Of a stretch of DNA of 64,000 nucleotides, positions 28,136-37,440 are shown piece after piece. The DNA lies in contig DAET01000046.1 of NCBI GenBank assembly GCA_002497765.1, positions 88,988-152,987 of the forward strand. Direction: 5' to 3'. The notes below the pieces were generated by a model. That model was not told the DNA's origin, searched no databases, and was given only the letters and a program-made list of their open reading frames with translations. Origin of the DNA: Euryarchaeota archaeon UBA486. GTDB taxonomy: Archaea > Thermoplasmatota > Poseidoniia > Poseidoniales > Poseidoniaceae. Position 1 is the stretch's first letter. Every line of letters starts with the position of its first letter. The translations under genes were made by a program, and so were the position numbers.

Positions 28136-29119
28136 TTACAGGGGTCGTCGCTGCTCAGACCTCACCACGCTGTTCTTGGCGACGTCGATGAGTTCGTTGT
28201 AGGTGGTGGTGTGGGTGGCCTCCACCTTGACGCCCGGCAGATAGCCGTCGCAGACGCCAGCTGCAGCGAAGATGGCATCCTCACTCTGACAGAGGTCGTG
28301 GGCCTTCCAAAGGCGGGTCAAATCGTCGCCGACCATGGTCCCCGCACGCGCTTCCTCTTCGGGTGAGCGAAAGACGAGTCGTCCCTCAAACATCCCTCCG
28401 ACGCCTCGGATGGCCGTGGCTGAAATGACGCCCTCTGGTGCAGCACCGATGCCCATGAGCATGTCGTACGGGCCGTCGTCTTTCGCAGCCCAAATGGCGC
28501 CAGAAACATCACCGTCGCTCAGCAAGTGAAGTTGGGCGCCAGCATCTCGAATCTCCTTGAACAACCCCGCATGGCGCTCACGGTCGAGGGCCACGATGCG
28601 AACATCACCAGCCTCGCAGTCAAGAACATGCATGGCCTGTTCAATGTTGTAGGCCACGCCGCCGTCGAGCGCCACATGGTCCGCAAGGGCGGGGCCAGCA
28701 GCGAGTTTGTCCATGTAGCAGTCGGGAGCGTGCAGCAGGGTCCCACGGGGAGCTGCTGCTAGCACGGCGATGGAATTTGGAAGGTTGTCGGCGCAGTTGT
28801 TGGTGCACTCAAGCGGGTCAACGGCGATGTCGATCTGCGGGGCGCCAGCCTGTCCCACCATCGAGCCGAGTTCTTCACCAATGTACAGCATCGGGGCATC
28901 GTCTCGCTCACCTTCGCCGATGGCAACTCGTCCGTCAAACGGCACGGCGTCGAAGGTGCGCCGCATGGCTTCAACGGCAGCGTCGTCAGCAGCGTTCTTG
29001 TCGCCCTTGCCTCGCCAGGCTGCGGAAGCGATGGCTGCTTGGTCGACGGCTTCGACAAAGTGGTGTGCAAGGTCGCCGATGATGCCCATGAGTGGTTGGA
29101 ATCGCGGGAACGCCATCAA
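28136..29119 (-). CDS. glpX: Fructose-1,6-bisphosphatase class II (GlpX)
   Basis: …FVEAVDQAAIASAAWRGKGDKNAADDAAVEAMR…, …DIAVDPLECTN…, …LMGIGAAPEGVISA…. Confidence 0.8.
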   Translation of the reverse strand: MMAFPRFQPLMGIIGDLAHHFVEAVDQAAIASAAWRGKGDKNAADDAAVEAMRRTFDAVPFDGRVAIGEGERDDAPMLYIGEELGSMVGQAGAPQIDIAVDPLECTNNCADNLPNSIAVLAAAPRGTLLHAPDCYMDKLAAGPALADHVALDGGVAYNIEQAMHVLDCEAGDVRIVALDRERHAGLFKEIRDAGAQLHLLSDGDVSGAIWAAKDDGPYDMLMGIGAAPEGVISATAIRGVGGMFEGRLVFRSPEEEARAGTMVGDDLTRLWKAHDLCQSEDAIFAAAGVCDGYLPGVKVEATHTTTYNELIDVAKNSVVRSEQRRPL

Positions 29120-29128
29120 GTCAACGGT

Positions 29129-29632
29129 TCAGTTTCCCTTGAATTTCTCAACGACTTCGAGGTCGGTGATGCGGGCAACAGGATACTGACCCTCGTCGTC
29201 CTTTTCGAGGGATTTCACCATGTCAAAGGCACACAGAAGGCCAGCGGCCACGCCGGTGAGCGCCTCCATTTCGATGCCTGTTTTGTAGTGGGCACTGACC
29301 GTTACGGAGCACCACAAACCGGTGCCCTCCCACGACCAGTCCACGGTGGTTCCCTCAAGAGGAATGGGGTGGCAGTGAGGGATGATACGAGGGGTGTCCT
29401 TCACGGCTTGAATGGCGGCAATCGTCGAAGCCTCGAGAACGTCGCCTTTCTTGATTTGACTTGAGACAATGGCGTCCTTCGTGGCTTGGCTGAACAGCAC
29501 CCTTCCACGGGCGGTTGCTCGTCGCTCAACCACAGGCTTCTGTCCGATGTTGATGATGCCCTCTATGGATTTCTCGCTCAACCCAACCCCTCCTTCCAGG
29601 TCTCCCCTTCGGTGGTGACCTCTTTCTTCCAT
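29129..29632 (-). CDS. moaC: Cyclic pyranopterin monophosphate synthase accessory protein MoaC
   Basis: …VKDTPRIIPHCHPIPLEGTTVDW…GIEMEALTGVAAGLLCAFDMVK…. The ORF start overlaps moaE by 55 bp, so the real start is likely an internal GTG (~29584). Confidence 0.75.
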   Translation of the reverse strand: MEERGHHRRGDLEGGVGLSEKSIEGIINIGQKPVVERRATARGRVLFSQATKDAIVSSQIKKGDVLEASTIAAIQAVKDTPRIIPHCHPIPLEGTTVDWSWEGTGLWCSVTVSAHYKTGIEMEALTGVAAGLLCAFDMVKSLEKDDEGQYPVARITDLEVVEKFKGN

Positions 29633-30003
29633 ATGGGTGCTTGCTTCTTCAATTCATCAATGAGCCATTCGCATGCCTGAAACGCTTCCTTTCGATGCGG
29701 GCTGCCCACATGAATGGCAACGATGGGTTCCTGCGGCCCCACCGAACCGGTCCGGTGAGCCATGGCCACCGACAGCACACCAAATTCTCGTGTCGCTTCC
29801 TCCGCAAGGCGATGGAGGACGGGCGTTAGTCGGTCCTGCCATGCGTCAAATTCCAACCTCAAGACATCGGCCTTGCCCTCTGTTTCTCGTGTCAGGCCGA
29901 CAAAGGAGACCACGGCACCACATCCCTCAGTGTTCATGTTGGCACGAAGGGCGTCGGGCAGAAGGGCGTCGGGCGCTTCTTCCACGAGGATGTGCACTGT
30001 CAT
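29578..30003 (-). CDS. moaE: Molybdopterin synthase catalytic subunit MoaE
   Basis: …GAVVSFVGLTRE…VAMAHRTGSVGPQEPIVAIHVGSPHRKEAFQACEWLIDELKKQAPIWKKE…. Confidence 0.7.
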   Translation of the reverse strand: MTVHILVEEAPDALLPDALRANMNTEGCGAVVSFVGLTRETEGKADVLRLEFDAWQDRLTPVLHRLAEEATREFGVLSVAMAHRTGSVGPQEPIVAIHVGSPHRKEAFQACEWLIDELKKQAPIWKKEVTTEGETWKEGLG

Positions 30004-30055
30004 GGTCCGAACGAAGGGAGGGCATCATTCAAACCTCACGCCTCCATGGCAAGCC

Positions 30056-31330
30056 ATGGCCGACGGTTCCCCCGCCGACTCCATCACCATCATGGGTGCT
30101 GGACTCTCTGGGCTGGCGGCTGCCACGCTCCTTGCTCGAGCAGGTCGGGAAGTGCACGTTCATGACATCCGCCACGATTCGGGGGCTCGCTTCGACGGCG
30201 ATTTCCAAGCCTTGGAAAATTGGAGCATGGATGCTGATTTCTTCGATCAACTCGAACGCTGGGGCTTTGATTCGAATGCGTTCAAATCAACCTCGTTTTC
30301 GGTCGTGGATTTGATTCACCCAGACGATGTTGTGACCCAAGCCAAGACCGATGGTGTTGCCTACCGAATCGTTGAGCGCGGCACTTCCGACCACACCATT
30401 GACCAGGCCTTCAAGCGGATGGCCATCGAGGCAGGTGCGACGCTGCACTACAAATCTCGCATCGATGAGAAAGACGCCGACATCGTGGCCTGCGGGCCAA
30501 AAGACACCTCGGCCATCGCCCTCGGTGAGATTTTTCACACCTCGCACCCGAACCACATTGCGTTCCAATTGAACGACAAGCTTGCCCCCGGTGCTTACTC
30601 CTACCTCATCGTCATCGACGGCGTGGGTCTGATTTGCACCTGCCTGTGGCGCAAGCAAAAGAAAAGCGAACGCTTCCTCAACGAGACCATCGCCTGCTAC
30701 CAGCGCCTCTACCCCGACATGGACATGCAGCCCGTGAAGCGAGTGGGTGGCAAAGGCGATTTTACCCTCAACGGGTTCTACACCGTCCCGGAAACCGGCC
30801 AGCATTTTGTCGGTGAATCCGGTGGTCTGCAGGATTTCATGTGGGGCTTTGGGATGCGCATGGCGGTGTGGTCCGGCGTCCTGGCAGCGGAGGAAATGCT
30901 TGGAGGAAAGCCCTACGAAAAGGAAGTTCGCCGTCAACTGCTCCCTTACGTCCAAACGAGTGTGGCCAATCGCTGGCTCATGAACCGGGTGGGCGACCGC
31001 ACCTTCAAGCGCATGTGCGTGCAGTGGATGCGGGATCAGAAGCGAAGCGGCGATGGTCTTCGCTGGATTGGGAAGTTGTTCCGTCCGAGTTTGCTCAAGC
31101 GGCTTGTGTTCCGAGTTACTTCGCCGTTCATGCTCAAGCGAATGGAGGGTCCAACACGCCCGCTTCGGCTGCCGTTCAGGAAGGCCAAACCTCGCGACAC
31201 CTGGGAGCAGAGCGAGGCGGCCCTTGAGGTCAAGGCGCGATGGGAATCGGTGCGCCGAGGAGGCGGTCATGTCTCCTTCACGAGCAACGCCGAGGGTGAG
31301 GCGCAAGAAATCTCAGCGATTTCTTCATAA
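30056..31330 (+). CDS. FAD/NAD(P)-binding oxidoreductase (flavin monooxygenase / geranylgeranyl-reductase-like fold)
   Basis: ITIMGAGLSGLAAATLLARAGREVHVHD dinucleotide-binding motif. Start at ATG 30056; the upstream part of ORF 29762.. is antisense to moaE. Confidence 0.6.
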   Translation: MADGSPADSITIMGAGLSGLAAATLLARAGREVHVHDIRHDSGARFDGDFQALENWSMDADFFDQLERWGFDSNAFKSTSFSVVDLIHPDDVVTQAKTDGVAYRIVERGTSDHTIDQAFKRMAIEAGATLHYKSRIDEKDADIVACGPKDTSAIALGEIFHTSHPNHIAFQLNDKLAPGAYSYLIVIDGVGLICTCLWRKQKKSERFLNETIACYQRLYPDMDMQPVKRVGGKGDFTLNGFYTVPETGQHFVGESGGLQDFMWGFGMRMAVWSGVLAAEEMLGGKPYEKEVRRQLLPYVQTSVANRWLMNRVGDRTFKRMCVQWMRDQKRSGDGLRWIGKLFRPSLLKRLVFRVTSPFMLKRMEGPTRPLRLPFRKAKPRDTWEQSEAALEVKARWESVRRGGGHVSFTSNAEGEAQEISAISS

Positions 31331-31341
31331 TACCAACCCCT

Positions 31342-32220
31342 GTGGCTCAAGGCATGAGCGACCTCTATGGATTGAAACTTGAACCCATGCCAAACCGACT
31401 TGTCAACTACGGTGTGACCGAGAACGGCATCGCCGTCATTGAACTGACCTCTGACTCGGCCGGTGCCCCTCTTGAGGGTCCCAACGACCGCTCGCCCAAC
31501 ACCTACACCCACGGCATGATGCGAGACATCGACGAAGCCATCGTCCGTGCTCGTTTTGACGACAGCGTCACCTGCATCGTCTTGACCGGCAACGGTGCCT
31601 CTTTCTTCTCTGCAGGCGCCTCCATTCAGATGCTCAACAGTGTCAGCCCCGGCTTCAAGTACAACTTCTGCCTTCACGCCAACGAAACCCTCTCTCGCCT
31701 CGAGCAGACGGCCAAACTCGTCGTGTGTGCCATCAACGGCCACGCCGTTGGAGGTGGACTTGAGATCGCCATGGCGGCCGACATCCGCATCGCTCGCAAG
31801 AACTCCGGGAAGGTTGGCCTGCCCGAGATCAACCTCGGTGTGCTCGCTGGAACCGGCGGTACCGCTCGCCTCACCCGCCTCATCGGTAAGGCCAAGGCCC
31901 TCGAGATGATGGTCACCGGCGAACTGATGTCCTTCGAGGATGCCCACGCCTGCAATCTCATCAACCACATCTGGGAAGGCGACCCCGACGACTTCCGCCG
32001 AGACATCCTCGACTGGTGCAGCCAATTCACGCTGCCCAACAAGGCCGTCAAGGCCGTTGGCAACATCAAGCGCTCCTGCCAAACCGGTCCGGAAATTCCA
32101 TTCGAATACCACTTGGCACTCGAGCGTGAACTCCAAGCTGCCCTCTTCAACAGCAGCGACGCCAAGGAAGGCATCGCCGCTTACGTTGAGAAGCGTGTGG
32201 CCAACTTCACCGGTCAGTGA
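31342..32220 (+). CDS. Enoyl-CoA hydratase/isomerase (crotonase) family
   Basis: …IVLTGNGASFFSAGASIQML…INGHAVGGGLEIAMAADIRIA…. Confidence 0.75.
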   Translation: MAQGMSDLYGLKLEPMPNRLVNYGVTENGIAVIELTSDSAGAPLEGPNDRSPNTYTHGMMRDIDEAIVRARFDDSVTCIVLTGNGASFFSAGASIQMLNSVSPGFKYNFCLHANETLSRLEQTAKLVVCAINGHAVGGGLEIAMAADIRIARKNSGKVGLPEINLGVLAGTGGTARLTRLIGKAKALEMMVTGELMSFEDAHACNLINHIWEGDPDDFRRDILDWCSQFTLPNKAVKAVGNIKRSCQTGPEIPFEYHLALERELQAALFNSSDAKEGIAAYVEKRVANFTGQ

Positions 32221-33164
32221 ACTTCGGTGTGGTATCCATGAACAACATCCACGTCCCAGCCGATGTTCCCGACGAGTTGATCGACACCTACCTCGACAAC
32301 ATGGCCGCCGCCACTGCAGGTACGGGGAGCATGAACCTCTTCGCTTGCGACCAGAAAATCGAACACCTGAACGACGATTTCTACGACGGGGGCAAGACCA
32401 TTCCGCTCTCGTCGAACGACCCCGGTCATCTGTTCGAAATCGGAGCACGAGCCCATGCAGACGGCACCATCGGTGTCCTCGCCGGCCAGTGCGGCCTGAT
32501 TGCGCAATACGCTCGAGACCATCCCGACGTGCCTTACCTCGTGAAGTTGAACTCCAAGTCGCACCTCGTCAAGACCGCCCAACGCGACCCCATCAGTCAG
32601 GCCCTTTGGGACATGGATGACGTGATGTCGTTGGTCCACAACGGCATCAATGTGGTCGGTATTGGTTACACCGTTTACATCGGTAGCGAGTACGAGCATG
32701 AAATGCTGACAGAAGCGGCTCACTTTATTCGCCAGGCCCACGAACTCGGAATGATTTCAGTCGTGTGGATGTACCCTCGCGGTCAAGCGGTGGCTGATGA
32801 GAAGGACCCTCAACTGATCTCGGGCGCAGCAGGCGTTGCCAGTTGCATTGGTGCAGACTTTGCTAAGGTCAACTACCCCAAGGCCTTCGAAGGCATGACT
32901 CAGCCTGAGTCCCTGAAAATTGCTGTTGAGGCAGCGGGTCGCACGGGCATCATCTGCTCGGGCGGCGGTTCGCTTCCTCCACGTGAGTTCCTTCAGCGAC
33001 TTTACGATCAAATGGCTGTTTCCGGATGCCGAGGTGCTGCGACCGGTCGCAACATTCACCAGAAGACAACCGAAGAAGCCGTTCGCATGACGGCCGCCTG
33101 CCACGCCATCATTTGCGAAGGCGCTTCGGTTGACGAGGCGATGGCTATCTTCGAAGGCAACTGA
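32217..33164 (+). CDS. Class I fructose-bisphosphate aldolase, DhnA/FbaB-type (ADH-synthase-like TIM barrel)
   Basis: …LFACDQKIEH…, …YLVKLNSKSHLV…, …GADFAKVNYP… (Schiff-base Lys region). ATGA overlap with the upstream crotonase. Confidence 0.65.
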   Translation: MNFGVVSMNNIHVPADVPDELIDTYLDNMAAATAGTGSMNLFACDQKIEHLNDDFYDGGKTIPLSSNDPGHLFEIGARAHADGTIGVLAGQCGLIAQYARDHPDVPYLVKLNSKSHLVKTAQRDPISQALWDMDDVMSLVHNGINVVGIGYTVYIGSEYEHEMLTEAAHFIRQAHELGMISVVWMYPRGQAVADEKDPQLISGAAGVASCIGADFAKVNYPKAFEGMTQPESLKIAVEAAGRTGIICSGGGSLPPREFLQRLYDQMAVSGCRGAATGRNIHQKTTEEAVRMTAACHAIICEGASVDEAMAIFEGN

Positions 33165-33217
33165 AGCACCTTTCTGCCGGGGCAGGGATTAAACTCTGCC
33201 TGTACTTTTGCATCCTG

Positions 33218-34006
33218 ATGACCGAGAATGTTCGTGCAAGGATTCGAGTCTTGGTTGAATCTGAACGGTTCAACAACATCGTCTTCGTTGCTATCCTGGC
33301 CAGTTCCATCGCCATTGGGTTTGAGACCTACGAGTGGGGTCCGAGAGGTGACACCTTTCTCCAGCGTATTGACGGCTTGTTCTTGACGGTCTTTGTCCTG
33401 GAAATCTTGCTTCGAATTTACGCTATGGGGCGAGATTTCTTCCGAGACCCCTGGTGTGTGTTTGACTTCCTTGTGGTTGGTATTGCTCTGATTCCCGCTC
33501 GTGATTTCTTCGCCGTGTTCAGGGTGTTTCGTGTTTTGCGGGCGTTCCGATTGGTCTCGCGTATTCCGGAACTCAAACTGGTTGCTGAGTCACTGATTTT
33601 CTCTGTCAGAGGTCTTTCAGCCGTGGCGACGTTGCTGTTTGTTGTGACCTACGTGTTTGCGGTGCTCTCAACCGCTCTGTTCCAGTCGGTTTCCCCGGAA
33701 TACTTTGGAAGCCTCGGGCGATCGTTGTATTCGCTGTTTCAAGTCATGACGTTGGAGTCGTGGTCCAATGGTATCGTTCGCGACCTCATCAACGAGAAAG
33801 GTTGGTGGGTTGCGGTCTACTTTGTGATCTTTATTTTCATGACCACGTTTACCTTCCTCAACATGTTTGTTGCCATCTTTACCAACACGGTGGTCGCGTT
33901 GGAGGCCGACTCAGAAGAAGGTGTGAACACCGAGTTGCGACGAATCCACGCCAAGATGGACCTGTTGATGGCGACCCTTGGGGTCGAGTACGAGGAAGAG
34001 GAGTAG
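33218..34006 (+). CDS. Voltage-gated sodium channel, prokaryotic NaChBac/NavAb type (single 6-TM domain)
   Basis: S4 with Arg every third residue (FRVFRVLRAFRLVSRIPEL); selectivity-filter signature FQVMTLESWSN; 262 aa. The gene is visibly lower in GC than its neighbours. Confidence 0.8.
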   Translation: MTENVRARIRVLVESERFNNIVFVAILASSIAIGFETYEWGPRGDTFLQRIDGLFLTVFVLEILLRIYAMGRDFFRDPWCVFDFLVVGIALIPARDFFAVFRVFRVLRAFRLVSRIPELKLVAESLIFSVRGLSAVATLLFVVTYVFAVLSTALFQSVSPEYFGSLGRSLYSLFQVMTLESWSNGIVRDLINEKGWWVAVYFVIFIFMTTFTFLNMFVAIFTNTVVALEADSEEGVNTELRRIHAKMDLLMATLGVEYEEEE

Positions 34007-34010
34007 CGGT

Positions 34011-34334
34011 TCAGAGCTTCTCGTCAGCGTTGGTCATGAAGTTGCCTTCACTGTCAACGATGATGGGTGTGCCCTCGACCCACTCGGGGCAGTTCTCGGA
34101 CACCCAGGTCCGAGTGGCCCACTCACAGATGTCATAGCCGCCCGAAAGGATGCCAGAGCGCTTGATGTAGCCGACCTTGACGATGTCCTTGTCCTTGGAG
34201 AGCACGTTGCCCAGCTGCTGACTGGTGGTGCCATGACGCATGGTGCTGTTGATGTACTCCAGAATCTCTGCAGTGTTTCGTGGTCGATCGCCTAAGAATT
34301 TCTTGATTTTTTCACGGATGCGTGTTGTTTTCAT
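34011..34334 (-). CDS. Small winged-helix-like protein (hypothetical, 107 aa)
   Basis: …NTAEILEYINSTMRHGTTSQQLGNVLSK… resembles a wHTH recognition region. Transcribed divergently from an AT-rich 270-bp region. Confidence 0.4.
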   Translation of the reverse strand: MKTTRIREKIKKFLGDRPRNTAEILEYINSTMRHGTTSQQLGNVLSKDKDIVKVGYIKRSGILSGGYDICEWATRTWVSENCPEWVEGTPIIVDSEGNFMTNADEKL

Positions 34335-34604
34335 GGTTGGTCCCTCCTGTCATTTTTTGAGTGGCCTTCTTGGTGATGTGCCACTAAAGTTGAGGAGCGA
34401 GGCCGCTGATATAATGGTTCCTCCTCGGATGGACGATTTGGTTACGTTTGATGCCTCAATTGCAGTGTATTTCCAACACCGTGGTATGAATATGTAAGTT
34501 ATTTTTCACAGTTCCACTGGAAATATATAACTAAATGTAACTTCGCAGACTTTTTAATAGACAAACACTTGGTCAAACCACTCCCGGGCATGTCAAGGTG
34601 ACTT

Positions 34605-37112
34605 GTGATGAAACATCGCACCATCCGATCAACCGCCCAACGCCAGATTCTGGTTTGGTTGCGCCATGGCCCCTCAACGGTGTCGGACATCGCCAAGCAG
34701 TTCTCCATGCGTATGCCCCACGCTTCGCTTGCATGTCGCCAACTGAGGGAAGCCGGGTTGGTAACAAGGGACGAGCGCGGTGGGCTCCGAAATGCGCCGA
34801 TCTATCTGAGCCAACTTGGTCATGATCGACTCGAAGAAGATGCGCTCGGAAAAATGCAGCAGTATGCGGTGGAACTCAGTGCATCCCGCCACCCAATGGT
34901 GCTTCATGCCGATGAGGCCAACGTGCTGCTTGCTTACATGGAACCCCCTGAATCGTCCTTCGTTTTCGTGGGCGAACGAACAGGAGGCGGCTCGACTTCT
35001 TCCAGTGGAAATTCAGGGGGGGCGTGGGTGCTGGCGCCGCGTCATGCTGTCAAGTGGTACACGGTCACCGATGCAACCGCTTCTGCACCTCCTGCGCCGA
35101 GAGAAGCCAGCACACTCGCAGCGTTTGAATCGACGCAACAACGCATTGGATTGGTTCGCGGCGTCGTGCTTGAGCAGCGAGGCCATCGAGGGTTGGTCGA
35201 AGGGCAGTCGTTCACCATGGAGACGGGTCGCGGGTTGGATGTACCCTCCGTCCTATCATCGGGGCAGGTTGAAATCGGCACCGTGCCGGGATTGAATGGA
35301 GGTTATGCACCATCCAACGGGCTCCTGGCTCATCTTCGATCCGCAGCCCATCGAAACTTGTTGATTGGAAACGTCGTTCATGGCGCCATTGCCCTCAGCG
35401 ACGGCCCTGTCACCTCACCCGTGCCCCTGCCGTTTTCCGTGTTGCACCTTTGGCTTCAACTGAAACACCCTCGCATGGCGACTGCACGGCGGAAAGAACA
35501 CTACCGAGCGTTGGTCATGGAACTTGAGACGGGCATGGAACAAGATGTGTCGCCACTCATGCGTTCGCTTCTTCTTGAATTCGGAGAGCAACAATGGACA
35601 CATGATTCGTTGCGCCCCGGTTGGTTCAACACCCACGGCGTAACTGAACGCGCCGTTCTGGCCGTGCTTCACCACATCATGGAGGACGGCCGGATTCCAT
35701 TTGTGGTGGATTGGGCGTTTGAACAACCGGATGCCCCGGTGTTGTCTCGCTGGCTCACTCACCCGGCTTGCAGAGCGGTGGTGACGCGCCATGGCGGTCT
35801 TCCTGAATCAAAGGGAAGCTCCTTGTTGGTTGACGGTCAAGACTTGGGGACGGTTGAGGTTCAGTTGAGCCGCTCCGTCAAGTTCGACCTCAACCTGCAT
35901 CTCGACGATAGGGAACCGATGGCTCATCGCCAACGAATGGAGGCTGTGCCGCGCAATGCAGAAGAGTTGTTGGCGGCCTCAGTTGGCCACCCACAACGGG
36001 GGTTTTCATCGACTTTCCCTGACGGATTGGCCGGCCAGCGTCTCACGGAAGCGCTTCACTTGTTTCCGACGGGCGATGAGGTCAAGGCGAATGCACTGGA
36101 ATCCACCGACGCACTGGCGTCATGGGTCGCCTCGCCCCCGGCCCATCGTCCAGCCCGTTGGATTCGCCTGCGAGACCGTCTCCCAGGTGGTTGGGTTGAA
36201 TTGATGCCCGTTCATGATGTGCCGATGGCTGATCTTCCGCTTGCCTTGGCCTCAGGCGGGCGTTCATGGCGGCGCAAGGCGCTCCAACGAATTCATGCAG
36301 AAGCGGCCCATGACATCACCACGGTACTGCGGTGGCGTCAGCACCTCCAGCACGACGAGGAACACCGTGTTGCTGTAGCCACCTGCATGTTGTGTTCGCT
36401 CAACCCCTCGCTTCCAGAGCATGCCGCCTTGTTCGACGATGCAAGCCGAGTGTGGTTCGAGGCCCCCATGAACGAACAAGAGGTGCTGGAATGCATCTTC
36501 GGCCCGTCCACGACTGGCCATGATGGAGCCTTGCTTCGACGGTGGATGGACCGTTCCATGCTCCAGCCAAAAGGTTCGATGTTGCGTGCTTGGGCCACCG
36601 GTTTGGGCATCGCCGAACGTCAGGAACCGTGGCTTCCTGAAACACAGCGAGCCCTGATGGGGGTGCTCCCACCGACGTGGTGGTCTCCTTTTGCACAAAC
36701 CTGGCTGACGGCCCAACTGGCCAGCCAAACAGGCCGCAGTTGGCTTGCCGAGTTTGAATGCAGTTGGCCCGCCTTGTTGGCGCGGGGCTTCGGTGAGCGG
36801 TCCCACTTCCCAGGCCATGCTGGCGAACACCCTGGCTTCACCCTCGACTCCACGTCGCTTCTCCCGGTTCAACTTCTGCCTGAGGGAGTGGGAAAGGCAG
36901 CGTTGACGGACATGTATGCGATGGTGTATGCGCTCGAGCAAGGTGCGCCAGTTCCGGTGCTTTCCACGCATCCGTCTGCGGGCTGGCTGGTCCGTCCGGT
37001 TGACCAATGGCCGGTGTTTGGAAGGGATGTCATGACCGTGGGCGACCCCGACATCGGCGAGGTGTTGTTCACGCGGAGCTTCCATGCACGCCACCTTCGC
37101 TCACGCCGATGA
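34605..37112 (+). CDS. Large (835 aa) protein with N-terminal ArsR/MarR-like winged HTH; remainder uncharacterised
   Basis: …AQRQILVWLRHGPSTVSDIAKQFSMRMPHASLACRQLREAGLVTRDERGG…; no catalytic motif recognised in the following ~750 aa. Confidence 0.55.
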   Translation: MMKHRTIRSTAQRQILVWLRHGPSTVSDIAKQFSMRMPHASLACRQLREAGLVTRDERGGLRNAPIYLSQLGHDRLEEDALGKMQQYAVELSASRHPMVLHADEANVLLAYMEPPESSFVFVGERTGGGSTSSSGNSGGAWVLAPRHAVKWYTVTDATASAPPAPREASTLAAFESTQQRIGLVRGVVLEQRGHRGLVEGQSFTMETGRGLDVPSVLSSGQVEIGTVPGLNGGYAPSNGLLAHLRSAAHRNLLIGNVVHGAIALSDGPVTSPVPLPFSVLHLWLQLKHPRMATARRKEHYRALVMELETGMEQDVSPLMRSLLLEFGEQQWTHDSLRPGWFNTHGVTERAVLAVLHHIMEDGRIPFVVDWAFEQPDAPVLSRWLTHPACRAVVTRHGGLPESKGSSLLVDGQDLGTVEVQLSRSVKFDLNLHLDDREPMAHRQRMEAVPRNAEELLAASVGHPQRGFSSTFPDGLAGQRLTEALHLFPTGDEVKANALESTDALASWVASPPAHRPARWIRLRDRLPGGWVELMPVHDVPMADLPLALASGGRSWRRKALQRIHAEAAHDITTVLRWRQHLQHDEEHRVAVATCMLCSLNPSLPEHAALFDDASRVWFEAPMNEQEVLECIFGPSTTGHDGALLRRWMDRSMLQPKGSMLRAWATGLGIAERQEPWLPETQRALMGVLPPTWWSPFAQTWLTAQLASQTGRSWLAEFECSWPALLARGFGERSHFPGHAGEHPGFTLDSTSLLPVQLLPEGVGKAALTDMYAMVYALEQGAPVPVLSTHPSAGWLVRPVDQWPVFGRDVMTVGDPDIGEVLFTRSFHARHLRSRR

Positions 37113-37124
37113 ATTGATATGGAG

Positions 37125-37440
37125 TCGTCCGGAGGCGATGTTACCGTACCTGCAACATCAGGCTGAGCGACTGTGAAATGAGCAATGACGTCTGACACCA
37201 CGTGTACGGCCGCAATCGAAGACTGGGACGACCCTTCGGGGAGTGAATTCCGGTGCAAATGCGGTAAACCATCGGTGGGTTATGGGTCCTTGTGCGACGC
37301 AAGAATGAACGCAAGACAACCACCTTACCGGACAGTACGCCCCGACACCGAGGGTCAGGCCTCGGAGGAAACAGTGAACAAGGCCGTTAGGTGTTGGGGC
37401 ACAGTCCCATGATGCCCTTCTCAGCGGGAGACGGGGCGAT
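37125..37440 (+). ncRNA. Candidate signal recognition particle RNA (7S/SRP RNA); boundaries approximate
   Basis: 340-bp gap without a credible ORF. Contains GGUCAGGCCUCGGAGGAAACAGUGAACAAGGCC resembling the SRP RNA helix-8 motif (cf. GGUCAGGUCCGGAAGGAAGCAGCCAAGGCAG of 4.5S RNA); UUCG hairpin CCCUUCGGGG; inverted repeat CCGUAC…GUACGG. Confidence 0.3.

Noticed and set aside
29578-29632. 55-bp overlap between moaE and moaC reading frames as evidence of a fused or frameshifted gene
   Set aside because: More simply explained by a downstream alternative (GTG) start for moaC; both proteins are full length in separate frames
29762-30055. N-terminal extension of the FAD-oxidoreductase ORF
   Set aside because: Overlaps moaE on the opposite strand; the Rossmann motif begins right after the internal ATG at 30056
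33165-33217. Hairpin CTGCCGGGGCAG after the aldolase gene as a terminator
   Set aside because: Short GC hairpin without the oligo-T tract typical of archaeal terminators; could be incidental
36264-37094. Minus-strand 276-aa ORF, plus 37158..37859 (-) and 60499..61992 (-) ORFs
   Set aside because: They overlap well-supported sense genes (the 835-aa wHTH protein, the PPAT fusion, the PKS KS domain). Their translations are Arg/Pro-rich without motifs
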